Assembly: GCA_964016885.1 (NCBI GenBank)
Contig: OZ024754.1
Coordinates: forward strand, 41,416,001 to 41,480,000
Source of the DNA: Eledone cirrhosa
Lineage: Eukaryota
Length of the DNA stretch: 64,000 nucleotides
Direction: 5' to 3'
Position numbers and translations under genes: made by a program. Shown piece by piece: positions 63,958-64,000 of the stretch (positions are counted from its first letter, which is position 1; each line of letters starts with the position of its first letter). The notes beneath the pieces were generated by a model. That model was not told the DNA's origin. It searched no databases and was given only the letters and a program-made list of their open reading frames with translations.

Positions 63958-63996
<39 letters not shown>

Positions 63997-64000
63997 CACA

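Larger units (their letters stand above)
63693..63961. mobile_element. Asymmetric fold-back PLE-like element, family E, in (TA)n
   Basis: ~99-bp arms 63762-63860 and 63862-63961 with a 1-nt centre; tail 63693-63761; (TA)n on both sides. Confidence 0.87.

Overview
Very AT-rich eukaryotic intronic or intergenic DNA dominated by microsatellites, minisatellites and retroelements. The repeat content ((TA)n/(CA)n expansions, Meta-domain tRNA-SINEs, OR-like SINEs, RTE LINEs with (GAT)n tails) suggests an octopus or other cephalopod genome (inference). Almost all long ORFs are simple-repeat artefacts. The recognisable coding sequence is retrotransposon-derived: a young 5'-truncated RTE LINE (35256-37869, minus strand, uninterrupted APE-RT-PHD frame, ~30-bp TSD), several RTE 3' fragments, and the C-terminus of an R4/Dong-type RLE element. 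The most interesting signal is about 15 short inserts from several families, nearly all embedded in (TA)n. They are asymmetric fold-back (head-to-head) elements, several with complete type I hammerhead ribozymes (CUGAUGA...GAAA...NUH with paired stems I-III). Many carry a one-sided tail with a shared ACUC...GAGURCY...CCUC motif. In two copies the short arm starts at the predicted self-cleavage site. They are best explained as Penelope-like element (PLE) ends or non-autonomous ribozyme retroelements. TTAA-inserting piggyBac-type MITEs, nested insertions and TE-born minisatellites are also common. No host gene is firmly identified; a few weak exon candidates are noted. All alignments and folds were done by eye, so boundaries are approximate.
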